Source: a virus. From it: a DNA stretch of 64,000 nucleotides. The stretch is from IMG/VR virus record IMGVR_UViG_3300020473_000017; one strand, 5' to 3'. Position numbers and translations under genes: made by a program. Below the pieces are notes generated by a model. That model had not been told where the DNA came from. It saw only the letters and a program-made list of their open reading frames with translations, and did no database searches. Shown one piece after another: positions 35,101-43,635 of this stretch (position 1 is its first letter; every line of letters starts with the position of its first letter).

Positions 35101-37272
35101 ATGATATTTTTCCTCTGGATTTATCAGAGCAAGATAGTTATTTGATCCACCACCAGTTGTACCAGCATTAGCAACACTTTGAGCCTGAATAGTAATAGTA
35201 TTATTAACAGCACTCTCTGCCTGAATATTCAACCATCCAGATTGAGATAGTAAAGCAAGATCAATACCACCAACAGTTAATGCTCCAGTTGATCCTGTGG
35301 TTCTTAATTGAACTTTCTTACCAACATTACCAATGAAATGTGCTGCATCAGCAGGGTCAAATGAAACCACAACATAATCAGAACCATTTGAAGTTTCAAA
35401 TGGATCAGCTGGAAGCTTCTTATCTATTATACTATTGACTGGATAATTACCATGAGCACCCTTAGTAATATCACCATTGCTAGCTGATACAGTTCTACAG
35501 AATTCTTTTGCCTGACCTGCTATATTATTTGTATTAAGAGTGAAACCATTCTTACTACACCATGCTGCCATGATGCCCGAAACTATTGGACATGAGAATG
35601 ATGTACCATTTATAGTACTGTAATTTGCTGTACTTGTATATGGTGTGTTAGCAGTCCAGTCATATGTTGGAGTTAATATTCTAGCACCAGGAGCAACAGT
35701 AGTTACACCCGAACCATAGTTTGAGAAGTCTGCCCATCTATCATTATACTCTGTAGCACCAACACAAATCTTTTTCTGATCAGTATCTACATTATTAATA
35801 CCACCTGTGGCATTATCTGAATAACCAGCAGTTCTTGATCCAGCAATAGCTTTGGTTTGCATTGGTCCTGCAAAGACATCACTACTATTCTTGAAACCAT
35901 TACCTGCAGATCGACATACAATTATACTATGGTTATCTGAAATAGTTCCTTCAATATCATCTAGTATTTCCTCATCAGTACCACTATCATCACCAGCATC
36001 ATTTAGTTCCACATAAGGATAATTTTCATTAGGTATAGTAGGACCAAATGAAGCATTGATAATTGCAGGTCTAGTGTTACCTTTATAGTCAGCATGACCA
36101 GAATCATTATGATCAATAACTGCCTGATAAGCACTTAAGATAGCAGTGAATGATCCAGAATTACTAGAACTAAATGCTTTAGCTGCATATATTTTTGCAT
36201 TCTTAGCAACACCTGCACTTCTACCAGCAGCTAGAATAGCACAATAAGTTCCGTGACCATTATCATCTTCATTATTAGTTCCATAAGAACCAGCATAATT
36301 AGTCATCTGGAACACTCGATAGTTCTGTTGCTCAGAAGCACCGTTCAGATCTGATACAAAATCAGGATCATAAAGTTCTGGATGTAAAGCAGCGTTGTTA
36401 CCAGTTGGTCTACTTGCTCCACGAACACCAGTATCAATTACATATATGTCAACACCATCACCTGTTTGAGTGTAACTATATTCTCCGTTTAAATATTGAC
36501 GTTCTTGTTTTGTGATTCTATCTAAATGCCAGAAATCATGTACATTGACAGTACCATATCTACTGACAGGAGAATATGCATACCTACCCATATTAGTATG
36601 AGCAGTGCAATAGAAGAATAAAACTGAAGGAGTTGAAGCACTTACAGATAAAACTGTAGTACCATCTGTACCTGGTGAACCAGTAGTACTTACTCCTGTT
36701 GTAAACTCTGTACCATTAGTAGTATGAGTTCCATCTGGTGTTATAGAAAATCTAAATGGATGACCAGCGTTTGAAGCGTCTGACTGATCAAATGTATATG
36801 TACCACCCTGAACAAAACCAGTTTGGTTTGAATATGTTGAATAAGTTCCACTAGGACTACTAGCAAATACAAAGAGATCATTACCACCGAAGTTTTGTAC
36901 CTTCACATAAATGGTACCTGCACCAGTGGTGGTTAAATTTCTAGTATTACTTGTTGTTGAAGTCTCAGCAGAAGTATTAATATCTAATGAATCTGAATTA
37001 TCTACAGTTAAAGTAGCACCTGTTTCAACAGGATCTATAGAAAACTTATCATCAGCATCCCAAGTACACTTCTTGACTGGTCCCAAAGCATTTAATTTAT
37101 CAAGCAAACCGCTTGTATACTTATCTGGACAATCAAAAGTTATGATTGCAAAACTTCTAAATGATTCTACAAAGGTGAGATAACCGTATAATTTGAGAAT
37201 TGCTGCAGCAGCGGAATCCAAACTATAATTATCAGATACCCTAACGACTACCCTCTTCATTCTAACTGGCAC
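32113..37272 (-). CDS. Multidomain subtilisin-like (S8) serine protease with cupredoxin-like insert, six Ig-like repeats and C-terminal beta-sandwich domains; probable virion protein
   Basis: Catalytic triad YVIDTG / NGHGT / GTSFSCP, oxyanion SAGNG; repeats I..QP...TYQW..S...W..I.GAT..TYT...YRC; GTG start with SD and TATAAATA upstream. Confidence 0.88.
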   Translation of the reverse strand: MPVRMKRVVVRVSDNYSLDSAAAAILKLYGYLTFVESFRSFAIITFDCPDKYTSGLLDKLNALGPVKKCTWDADDKFSIDPVETGATLTVDNSDSLDINTSAETSTTSNTRNLTTTGAGTIYVKVQNFGGNDLFVFASSPSGTYSTYSNQTGFVQGGTYTFDQSDASNAGHPFRFSITPDGTHTTNGTEFTTGVSTTGSPGTDGTTVLSVSASTPSVLFFYCTAHTNMGRYAYSPVSRYGTVNVHDFWHLDRITKQERQYLNGEYSYTQTGDGVDIYVIDTGVRGASRPTGNNAALHPELYDPDFVSDLNGASEQQNYRVFQMTNYAGSYGTNNEDDNGHGTYCAILAAGRSAGVAKNAKIYAAKAFSSSNSGSFTAILSAYQAVIDHNDSGHADYKGNTRPAIINASFGPTIPNENYPYVELNDAGDDSGTDEEILDDIEGTISDNHSIIVCRSAGNGFKNSSDVFAGPMQTKAIAGSRTAGYSDNATGGINNVDTDQKKICVGATEYNDRWADFSNYGSGVTTVAPGARILTPTYDWTANTPYTSTANYSTINGTSFSCPIVSGIMAAWCSKNGFTLNTNNIAGQAKEFCRTVSASNGDITKGAHGNYPVNSIIDKKLPADPFETSNGSDYVVVSFDPADAAHFIGNVGKKVQLRTTGSTGALTVGGIDLALLSQSGWLNIQAESAVNNTITIQAQSVANAGTTGGGSNNYLALINPEEKYHEGTDGVILTETTLRSQTDVQEAAGTGTYTNVIYFPVDSGVDFKYDANTSPLTTKRGIFFPYIDTNVTWQASSGAVSGTPFANGASVNIDLGLAGTTFASEPTAESYSLSGDSIGASGLALSTTTGALSGTVTSDYIDTTFNFTVTENITGNAQSYSFTTTGTGVLVTITQHPSDTSVEAGSGGTATFGPVSGISSDGSTITFQWQFSSNGGVGWSDVSNGGGYSGATTNTLTVDDDFAKNTYQYRCKLDTTTAVVPAYTTAATLTVFRTITISNQPVDSAPVAPAAASFTVAASTLDSAAITYQWEKSENGDGVSYSPIGGATSTTYSTGSTTYDDSYGDYYRCILSAAGAANVTSSVARSLVTRTISITAQPTNTTGAVGGTEQFGVAATTSDSDAGDITYQWQVSITDGASWSDVTEGSGGTTATYTTPTLTTTYDENQYRCLLACPGATTIPSNAATLQVETVTVVVSTHPSDATVNENATATFTCLGDVTMQPFGGNAASSSFDTETFTTPSGGGGGGFEGQSHHEPSVTYQWQKSDDAGANWSDIGSATSASYTTAALTYADDNQDLYRCKLDATGASVSAYTDNATLTVQRTFSITAQPSNPTANEGATAVFSVATTSSSGTPTYQWERSDDNGSNYASVGGATNNTYTTPTLVHADDDEDRYRCVVSLVGSAADITSDHGLLTVLRVISISQQPVNTSVIEGQTATFSITAAITSDVISYQWQNSVNSGGSWSNINGANASSYTSPATVFPTNPSEQFRVVLSNAEATTVTSDAVVLTVNESEFVSGPVSVTPTVDADTTKTLSRQPVITTSAFIQEYAGSTHYSTFWRIRRTSDNVTVYDTSGTFAQGDTGNLTTFTVPVSILDFDTAYFVQVKFRDNNGLESAYTSAANFSTPIVDQPDIQVITPAFNPTINVDPIAMKTGYQHTSSDWQFAPNVEVPVNNPQFTTILHQSLGNSTNKVAYTLPGNVNLDANTTYLVRIRFNVNPT

Positions 37273-37274
37273 TA

Positions 37275-38477
37275 TTATCCTTCAGTTGTATTTATACTGA
37301 AAAAATTGGATAGTCTTTTTTCCATTTCATAGAAGAATTCATCATCCCATAGGAAATTAGCAATAATTCTCATAGACTTATTCCTAGTCTTTGTTAGAAC
37401 TATTCCTGATTCTTGTAATTCCTCTTGACTTAAATCCCTATGTACATCTAAAGAAAGTAATAAACCACTAAGTCTATACCCTGTAATATAATTTTTATTC
37501 AATAAACTTTCAGAAACAGATCTGAGTTTATCTTCTATACCCTGACATTTACTAAACAAATTCTCACGTACGATAATATTATTAACTGTATTCATAGCAG
37601 ATATACCTGTCATGGTAGGTTGCCAAGTATGTCCCCAAGTCCAATCCTTTTTCTTTATTACATCCCCAACCTTCTTATTAGCAACCGCACAACCAAGAGG
37701 TGTGTATCCAGCAGTTAAAGATTTACCCAATGCAGATATATCAGGTTGTACTCCATACCTCTTATATCCATGGTAATCTCCACCCTTACCCCAACATACT
37801 GCACAATCATCACTCATCATAAGGATATCATTTTCATCACATATATGACGAATCATTCTCCACCAAGATTTTGACCATGGAATACCACCATTAATCCATG
37901 GTAAAGTTTCCATAACTATACATCCAATCTTTCTTCCACAACAATTATATGACTTAATAACAAGATCCAAATACTTAAGTGCTTTCTCCTCAGACCTTAC
38001 CTGATCCTTTTCATCTTTCCATATAGGAGTTGGCACCTTCTTAAGTCTCTTATTTACACTATCAACCTCACTCATATCTCTAGTAAGAAATGTTGTTCCA
38101 TGATAGCTTGGTGTAAAGGTAACAATATAGTTACTTTGATTACCCCAATATTGATCATTCATTTTAATTGCAGCTTCAACTGCAGATGATCCAGATATAG
38201 CCCAAGACAAAACATCCCAGTTGCCAGTAGAGCAAACTAGGTCTGTCATCTTTATACACAATTCAGAAGTCTCTCCTCGATTACCTCTGATAAAATTAAC
38301 TTCAGGTGCCAAAGCACCCATTACTTCTTTATTACCGTATCCTAATATATACGCGGAATTACCAGACTGAAGATCTATCAGTCTAGTTCCATCAGAATAT
38401 TCTATCCAATATCTATCTGTCTTAGTTACAACTTTATCTAAGGGTTCTTTACTCCAAGCCCTAAGTTCATAACCCAT
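37275..38477 (-). CDS. Class-III PLP-dependent aminotransferase (BioA/GabT fold)
   Basis: DG.RLIDL.SG, LGY, SGSSAVEAAIK, SYHGTT, PDI...GKSLTAGY.PLG (PLP lysine), GHT. Confidence 0.85.
   Translation of the reverse strand: MGYELRAWSKEPLDKVVTKTDRYWIEYSDGTRLIDLQSGNSAYILGYGNKEVMGALAPEVNFIRGNRGETSELCIKMTDLVCSTGNWDVLSWAISGSSAVEAAIKMNDQYWGNQSNYIVTFTPSYHGTTFLTRDMSEVDSVNKRLKKVPTPIWKDEKDQVRSEEKALKYLDLVIKSYNCCGRKIGCIVMETLPWINGGIPWSKSWWRMIRHICDENDILMMSDDCAVCWGKGGDYHGYKRYGVQPDISALGKSLTAGYTPLGCAVANKKVGDVIKKKDWTWGHTWQPTMTGISAMNTVNNIIVRENLFSKCQGIEDKLRSVSESLLNKNYITGYRLSGLLLSLDVHRDLSQEELQESGIVLTKTRNKSMRIIANFLWDDEFFYEMEKRLSNFFSINTTEG
37289..37296 (-). promoter_or_regulatory. T4-type late promoter
   Basis: Exact TATAAATA upstream of the S8 gene. 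Confidence 0.85.
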
Positions 38478-38787
38478 CTGGTAAATATTTCTTAAGTTCT
38501 CCCTCAGTAGGTGCAGCAGTCATTCTCTCAACTGGCTTACTGAATTTTAAATCATGTGCTGAATCAAATTGGAACTTAGTTCTTAAATGAGTTCTATCTC
38601 GTTCTACAATAAGATGATAGTAATGCCCATAAACATTTTCACTAAATCCAATTGCTATAATTGGTCGGGTATCATAAACATCCCCGACCTTCCATGGACA
38701 AGTTTCCTCAGTTCCATCAAAAGGAATATAGAACTGAGTTGATTCTACGTGTTCTTTTTGTCGAGCTGCACTACTCTTTACTATCAT
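38467..38787 (-). CDS. Hypothetical protein
   Basis: 106-aa ORF overlapping both neighbours. Confidence 0.65.
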   Translation of the reverse strand: MIVKSSAARQKEHVESTQFYIPFDGTEETCPWKVGDVYDTRPIIAIGFSENVYGHYYHLIVERDRTHLRTKFQFDSAHDLKFSKPVERMTAAPTEGELKKYLPDGL

Positions 38788-38950
38788 CTGTCTCTGGTTC
38801 TTTCTGTGTTAATTGAAGTGCTTCAATAGCTCCTTCCAATCTCAACACCTGTTCGTTACGGGATTTGAGTTGCTTTTCAAGTTCCACTACAGTTGCTTTC
38901 TGCTCTTTCAATTGATTGGTGAACTCTCCCACCATCTTTTCAATATCCAT
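38771..38950 (-). CDS. 59-aa coiled-coil protein (absent from ORF track)
   Basis: Manual translation MDIEKMVGEFTNQLKEQKATVVELEKQLKSRNEQVLRLEGAIEALQLTQKEPETDDSKE; ATAAATA at 38978-38972 upstream. Confidence 0.75.
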   Translation of the reverse strand: MDIEKMVGEFTNQLKEQKATVVELEKQLKSRNEQVLRLEGAIEALQLTQKEPETDDSKE

Positions 38951-38988
38951 GTTTTAAAATTATAAGTGTATTATTTATTATAGCACAA

Positions 38989-39459
38989 TTACTCCAGATC
39001 GGGCAACGCTACACCATTCATAACCAATGCTGGATCTTCAGTTACAACTTCTTTCCTATAGTTTGTTGCCACTTGAGCTGTCATATACTTTAACTTGTGA
39101 GAATCAATAGCTGGCAAATTCAATGCTGTTATATTGGCTTCATAAGTATCAAGATCAATAACTCCTAGTTTTAAGTTCTTTACATTGTCATAACATGCAG
39201 TTGCATCACTTATCAACTGTGTGTCAGTAGCACCTGATTCTAGTGTAGAAATAATTCCTGCCTGTGCATCTTTCTTCACCTTCAAGATATACTGAGCATA
39301 AGTATGCCACTTCTCTCTTCTTGGTTTCAGCCTAGGTAAAGAAGTTTTTCCTTCCAATCTAAGACCTTTAATATAATCCTCTTCTGCTGTTGTCAGAGTT
39401 AAGGAACTATCACTACGCATCTGTAGGATGAGTAGATATTCTGTAGCAGATAAATTCAT
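38989..39459 (-). CDS. Hypothetical helical protein, possible fibre-tip chaperone
   Basis: 156-aa ORF coupled (ATGA overlap) to the 301-aa tip-like gene. Confidence 0.65.
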   Translation of the reverse strand: MNLSATEYLLILQMRSDSSLTLTTAEEDYIKGLRLEGKTSLPRLKPRREKWHTYAQYILKVKKDAQAGIISTLESGATDTQLISDATACYDNVKNLKLGVIDLDTYEANITALNLPAIDSHKLKYMTAQVATNYRKEVVTEDPALVMNGVALPDLE

Positions 39460-40361
39460 TGTACCCAGATCTCCGCACGCATGGTTCTATTTACACCAGT
39501 GGTTCCTTGACAACAGTAGATATGATCTCCTGCAGAGGAGTCTGTTCTACGATGACCTATACCACCACAAACATCATTGGAACTTTCTCCACCTTCGTTG
39601 TTCCAACCAAATCCCCAACGCATAGCATTGTTACTTGATCCAGTATAGTTAAATCCATACCATTGGAATCCATTCTGGTTTGTGAATCCAGATCCAACGT
39701 ACATACTTTCTCCGCGTGGGTTACTTGATATACGATAGTTACTCTGGAATCTTTGTAAGCATGTCTGTCCTATACCACCTTGCTTCCAAGTCCAACCATT
39801 ATAACCAACTGATGATTGACCACCATTGTTTATATCAGGGAAAACTGCACCGAGTGTTTGTGCAACAAAATAATTGAATACATGGTTCTTATGATCACCA
39901 TCGTTTCTATTCAACTGAGATGTTTCATTATATGTGTTTGTAGCTGTCCAATAGTTAGTATCATAATGGAAGGTGCTTCCTCTAGTACACTTCCATGCTA
40001 ACATCCAACCACCACCACCTAAGTGGTTTACATCCATCATACAATATACTTGCTTCGCACCTACACTAGGTAATAAGATCCAGTATACACCATCTGTAGC
40101 TTGTGGATTAACTTGTAATATTGATGATGCACTTGTGGCCGCTTTTTCTGCAGAAGAACCATCTGGTTCTGATCCACCACCGATGTTCATCCACTCAGAT
40201 CCATTCCAAGTTTGTAGTTTCTCAGAAGTACTATTATAAATCGTTGCACCAACGTCCAAACCACTTGTGGGTCTACCGCCTTCTGAATAACTAGGAAAGT
40301 TTAAATGTGCGGAGGCATCTACGGTACTGGAATTGAGAGTGCTACAGTTAAGAGTTCCCAT
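39456..40361 (-). CDS. Fibre-tip-like protein with fibrinogen-related domain
   Basis: N-terminal RP...G.TIYN.T..KLQ.WNG.EW fibre motif; DGVYWI...QVYC.MD...GGGWML fibrinogen-like motif. Confidence 0.7.
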   Translation of the reverse strand: MGTLNCSTLNSSTVDASAHLNFPSYSEGGRPTSGLDVGATIYNSTSEKLQTWNGSEWMNIGGGSEPDGSSAEKAATSASSILQVNPQATDGVYWILLPSVGAKQVYCMMDVNHLGGGGWMLAWKCTRGSTFHYDTNYWTATNTYNETSQLNRNDGDHKNHVFNYFVAQTLGAVFPDINNGGQSSVGYNGWTWKQGGIGQTCLQRFQSNYRISSNPRGESMYVGSGFTNQNGFQWYGFNYTGSSNNAMRWGFGWNNEGGESSNDVCGGIGHRRTDSSAGDHIYCCQGTTGVNRTMRAEIWVQ

Positions 40362-40384
40362 TATTTCCTATGATAAGTCCTAAT

Positions 40385-42118
40385 CTATTTAGACAGGACT
40401 AAAACGTATAAACCGTTCCACCACATTTTATCATCCTCTTGATCATTGAGAAGTTCCCTTTCATATAAAATATTTAACTTTTGCTTCTCAACCCAACCTT
40501 TAGTGATAGCAACATTCTGTTCTACATTTGCATCATCAACTACTAAAGTAAAAACATTTTCAGTAAACCCTAGCATATTGTTAAAAAATTCTATCATTTT
40601 ATGCTCGGCATTATCCCCATCATAAAAGATTATATTAACATCCTCTTTAAAATCTTTCTTACCTAACTGGGATGAATCACCATTGAGAACTTGTATATCA
40701 AAATCTAAGGTGTCTGTAGTTACATTCGTCTGTAAATTTTTGACAAAAGTAGTAACACTAACGTCTTCTAATGGTAAAGTAATATCCTTTCTAGCTGGTT
40801 GTAAATTTGGTTCTGACCAATTATCATTTGCATATGCTGCAACCATATCATTATTCTGAATAGCAGCACAGAATGTAGATCCAGCAAACACACCCACCTC
40901 AAGATAGACCGCACCTTCCTGGGAGCAGAGATTATTTAAGAAATGTCTTACTCTAGCTGACGATAATCCAGGTACATTATAATACGCATCAGGATCTTTA
41001 GGATCATAAGCCTTATGATTTGATAGGTACTTACCAGAATTAATAAATGCTTCTATACAAGTTTCTACTTGTGGATGTACAATCAGATCAGCTTTCTTCA
41101 TATGAGATTCTACTACTTTCTCACAGTAGTTACAATCCCAACAATCAAACTTACATGTTTTTATTTTCTGCCTCCACATCCTAACAGGAGAATCTTTTAT
41201 TTCCAATTGAGCATTATATTTAATATACTCTGGAAACATATATTCTTCTTTAGCTGCCCATCTTTTGATGAGATCCATACTCTCTTGAAGTCTCATCATA
41301 CTTTCCCTACCATGTAGTTTAAAAGTATCAATACCCAACTCAAGAAATTCTAACCAGTCATCTCTCCATGGTGGAAGATTTGCTGCTTTTAAATCATACT
41401 CTGGATGTTGTACATCCCAAGTAGAACATGATACTCTACTAATAGGACTAGCAAAGAATATAGGATCCTTTGGTCCTCTTGTACTATTATATTGATAATG
41501 CTCTGGCATGATAGGACAACCACCCCAACATGTTTCATTGACTAGCATTGATAACATGACAGGTTTACCTAAGAACTTACAGTAATCCTTTGCCTTCTGA
41601 ATACGAATTAATTGATCACGATCTCTCATGAGATCCCGATCAAGATTTATATAATGAAATCCAGCCTCTGCTAATGCTACTATCTCATTGGGTCTTGTAA
41701 CCTCTCTAAGAATAGTATTCTTAATAAACAGATCTGGAAATGCTTGTTGAATCTGACCAGTAGATACCCATGATGTATGTGGTAGTGTTACCACTCTAAC
41801 ACCAGCATTATAAATGGGAGCAAAATTTTCAATCCAAAGATCTAAATTCTTTTGATCTGGTCTCACCCATATATTATTAAATGTAGCTGATAATGGGATA
41901 TTAGATTTATTTGAAATATAACATGCAGATTGTATTAAAGCTTGATTCTCAGCAAAACAATCCCCCATAGCATCCTGATCGAATGGAGGGATTCTGCAAG
42001 TGAAATATAGATCTAATATGTATTCTTTATATTCTTCTAAGAACGGAAGAAATGTATTGACTACAAAGTGCTCACTCAGCTTCGGGTTTATCGGTAGACT
42101 GAAGACTCTTTTGTTCAT
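40385..42118 (-). CDS. U32-family (UbiU/RlhA-like) Fe-S protein fused to a class I SAM methyltransferase
   Basis: INLDRDL, NETCWGGCP...EH, CSTW, GIDTFKLHGRE (cf. U32 LKIEGR), CKFDCWDCNYC; C-terminal YLEVGVFAGST, IFYDGD, VVDD, WWNG. Confidence 0.75.
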   Translation of the reverse strand: MNKRVFSLPINPKLSEHFVVNTFLPFLEEYKEYILDLYFTCRIPPFDQDAMGDCFAENQALIQSACYISNKSNIPLSATFNNIWVRPDQKNLDLWIENFAPIYNAGVRVVTLPHTSWVSTGQIQQAFPDLFIKNTILREVTRPNEIVALAEAGFHYINLDRDLMRDRDQLIRIQKAKDYCKFLGKPVMLSMLVNETCWGGCPIMPEHYQYNSTRGPKDPIFFASPISRVSCSTWDVQHPEYDLKAANLPPWRDDWLEFLELGIDTFKLHGRESMMRLQESMDLIKRWAAKEEYMFPEYIKYNAQLEIKDSPVRMWRQKIKTCKFDCWDCNYCEKVVESHMKKADLIVHPQVETCIEAFINSGKYLSNHKAYDPKDPDAYYNVPGLSSARVRHFLNNLCSQEGAVYLEVGVFAGSTFCAAIQNNDMVAAYANDNWSEPNLQPARKDITLPLEDVSVTTFVKNLQTNVTTDTLDFDIQVLNGDSSQLGKKDFKEDVNIIFYDGDNAEHKMIEFFNNMLGFTENVFTLVVDDANVEQNVAITKGWVEKQKLNILYERELLNDQEDDKMWWNGLYVLVLSK

Positions 42119-42848
42119 TACTATGTTCCGCTGTCAGTTGATTGAATAATTCTAAGTTGAGGTTATCTTCAATGTTATCGAAGGTTGGGAACCTAGGTGG
42201 TTCTCCATCTGTTAACATCTTATCAATTTGAGGTTTCATACTATTCTGAACCTTAGCAATACCTGCATTAAGCATTCCTGAATATTGCATTGCTATACTG
42301 ACAGCATAGATCTGATCCTCCTCTCTCATCATAGCAATAGAATCCATATTACCAATACCTATTCTACCATTAGCATATATGTCAATAGCAGCCTGTTTAC
42401 CCATACGAGCAATCCAGTATTTTCTTTCTTCCTCTTCAGTATAGTCAGCAGCTTCTCCCATCTCTTCAATGGACTTAAAATTCTTACGAACATAATTCAT
42501 AAAAGGTTCCAGTTCATGATCATACTGACGTATGCTCACATCAAACTTACCTAAGTCTAATTTATATTCAGCAATATCTAATTCGATGAGCTCCCTTTCA
42601 AAAGGATCATCTTCTTTTTCTAATTTCTCTTCGAGTTGACGTATCTTTACAGTCTTTCTCTTTCTATCTAATTTTACTTTCTTCCTTTCATGGTTCCTAC
42701 TTTCAATCTCAATTAGAGCTTGACGTAGTTGACGAAAATCAGTGACATGTGAATTGATAACAAAATTTTTAATTTGCTCTCCAGTCATGCCATAGTGCAT
42801 AGAGGTTTCTACCCAATCCTCTATATTCTGGGCGGTAATCTCAGTCAT
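42072..42848 (-). CDS. Coiled-coil hypothetical protein
   Basis: FRQLRQALIEIESR, long heptad region, EEERKYWIARMGKQAAIDI...GRIG.GN. Confidence 0.7.
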   Translation of the reverse strand: MTEITAQNIEDWVETSMHYGMTGEQIKNFVINSHVTDFRQLRQALIEIESRNHERKKVKLDRKRKTVKIRQLEEKLEKEDDPFERELIELDIAEYKLDLGKFDVSIRQYDHELEPFMNYVRKNFKSIEEMGEAADYTEEEERKYWIARMGKQAAIDIYANGRIGIGNMDSIAMMREEDQIYAVSIAMQYSGMLNAGIAKVQNSMKPQIDKMLTDGEPPRFPTFDNIEDNLNLELFNQLTAEHSNEQKSLQSTDKPEAE

Positions 42849-42860
42849 AGTATAAAATAA

Positions 42861-43634
42861 TTAAACTTTTAATCCAGGCTCCACGTTGTCTACGGTTTGT
42901 ACTCCATTGAGACCCTCATGAGTCTGACCAAGTTCCTCTGCTTGTTTGTAAGGTACTGGCATACCCATGTACTTTTGATAAAGTACGTTTAGTTCTTTTA
43001 TTGTAGCACAAGATTTGAATTCTTGCTTGATCTTCAGCATATCTGCGTAAAGAGCTACTACTTTTTCTTTGAAATCTGCTTGACCTGCTTTAATTGCAGC
43101 AGCGACTTCTTCTTTTGTTGAACCTTTAACAGCTACAATACTATCTATAACAGGTGTTTCACCATCCAAATTGTTCGCTTCTCTGATCTGAGATTCCCAA
43201 AGAAACTGTTCAATCTTAGATTCTTCTGCCTTGAGTGTAAGAAACTTACGATCATATTGATCTTCAATAATAAGTTTTGCTGCTAACTTCATAAATGCTA
43301 TGGCAGCATCAAATCTTTCTTGTGGTAGTTCAACTTTAGTTTTACCATCACCAACTTCTTCAAGTAAATACTCATCATCTTCAGATAAAGGGTCTTCATC
43401 TGTAACTTTAACTACAGCACGAATTTCTCCAAAGTGCTTGGTTCCCCACCTACCTAGATCTTCACTTATCTCTTCATATGATTTTGGTAAAGTATATAAA
43501 TCTCTAACCCATTTTTCTTCTACGGAAAATACGCAGATACCAAACATATTCCAGATGATATTGGCTGTTGACAACCAATCAATATCATCACTTCTTCTTC
43601 CTATGAAGTACTTTAGTTTAATTTCTTCGCTCAT
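42861..43634 (-). CDS. Tail-fibre-assembly-like protein
   Basis: C-terminal E...W..Q..EA......TP.I..I...KG....E...I motif resembling fibre-associated assembly proteins. Confidence 0.55.
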   Translation of the reverse strand: MSEEIKLKYFIGRRSDDIDWLSTANIIWNMFGICVFSVEEKWVRDLYTLPKSYEEISEDLGRWGTKHFGEIRAVVKVTDEDPLSEDDEYLLEEVGDGKTKVELPQERFDAAIAFMKLAAKLIIEDQYDRKFLTLKAEESKIEQFLWESQIREANNLDGETPVIDSIVAVKGSTKEEVAAAIKAGQADFKEKVVALYADMLKIKQEFKSCATIKELNVLYQKYMGMPVPYKQAEELGQTHEGLNGVQTVDNVEPGLKV

Positions 43635-43635
43635 G

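Noticed and set aside
41125-41160. CxxxCxxC in CKFDCWDC as a radical SAM motif
   Set aside because: It lies at the end of the U32-like domain as part of a four-Cys cluster and is not followed by a radical-SAM barrel; better read as an auxiliary metal site.
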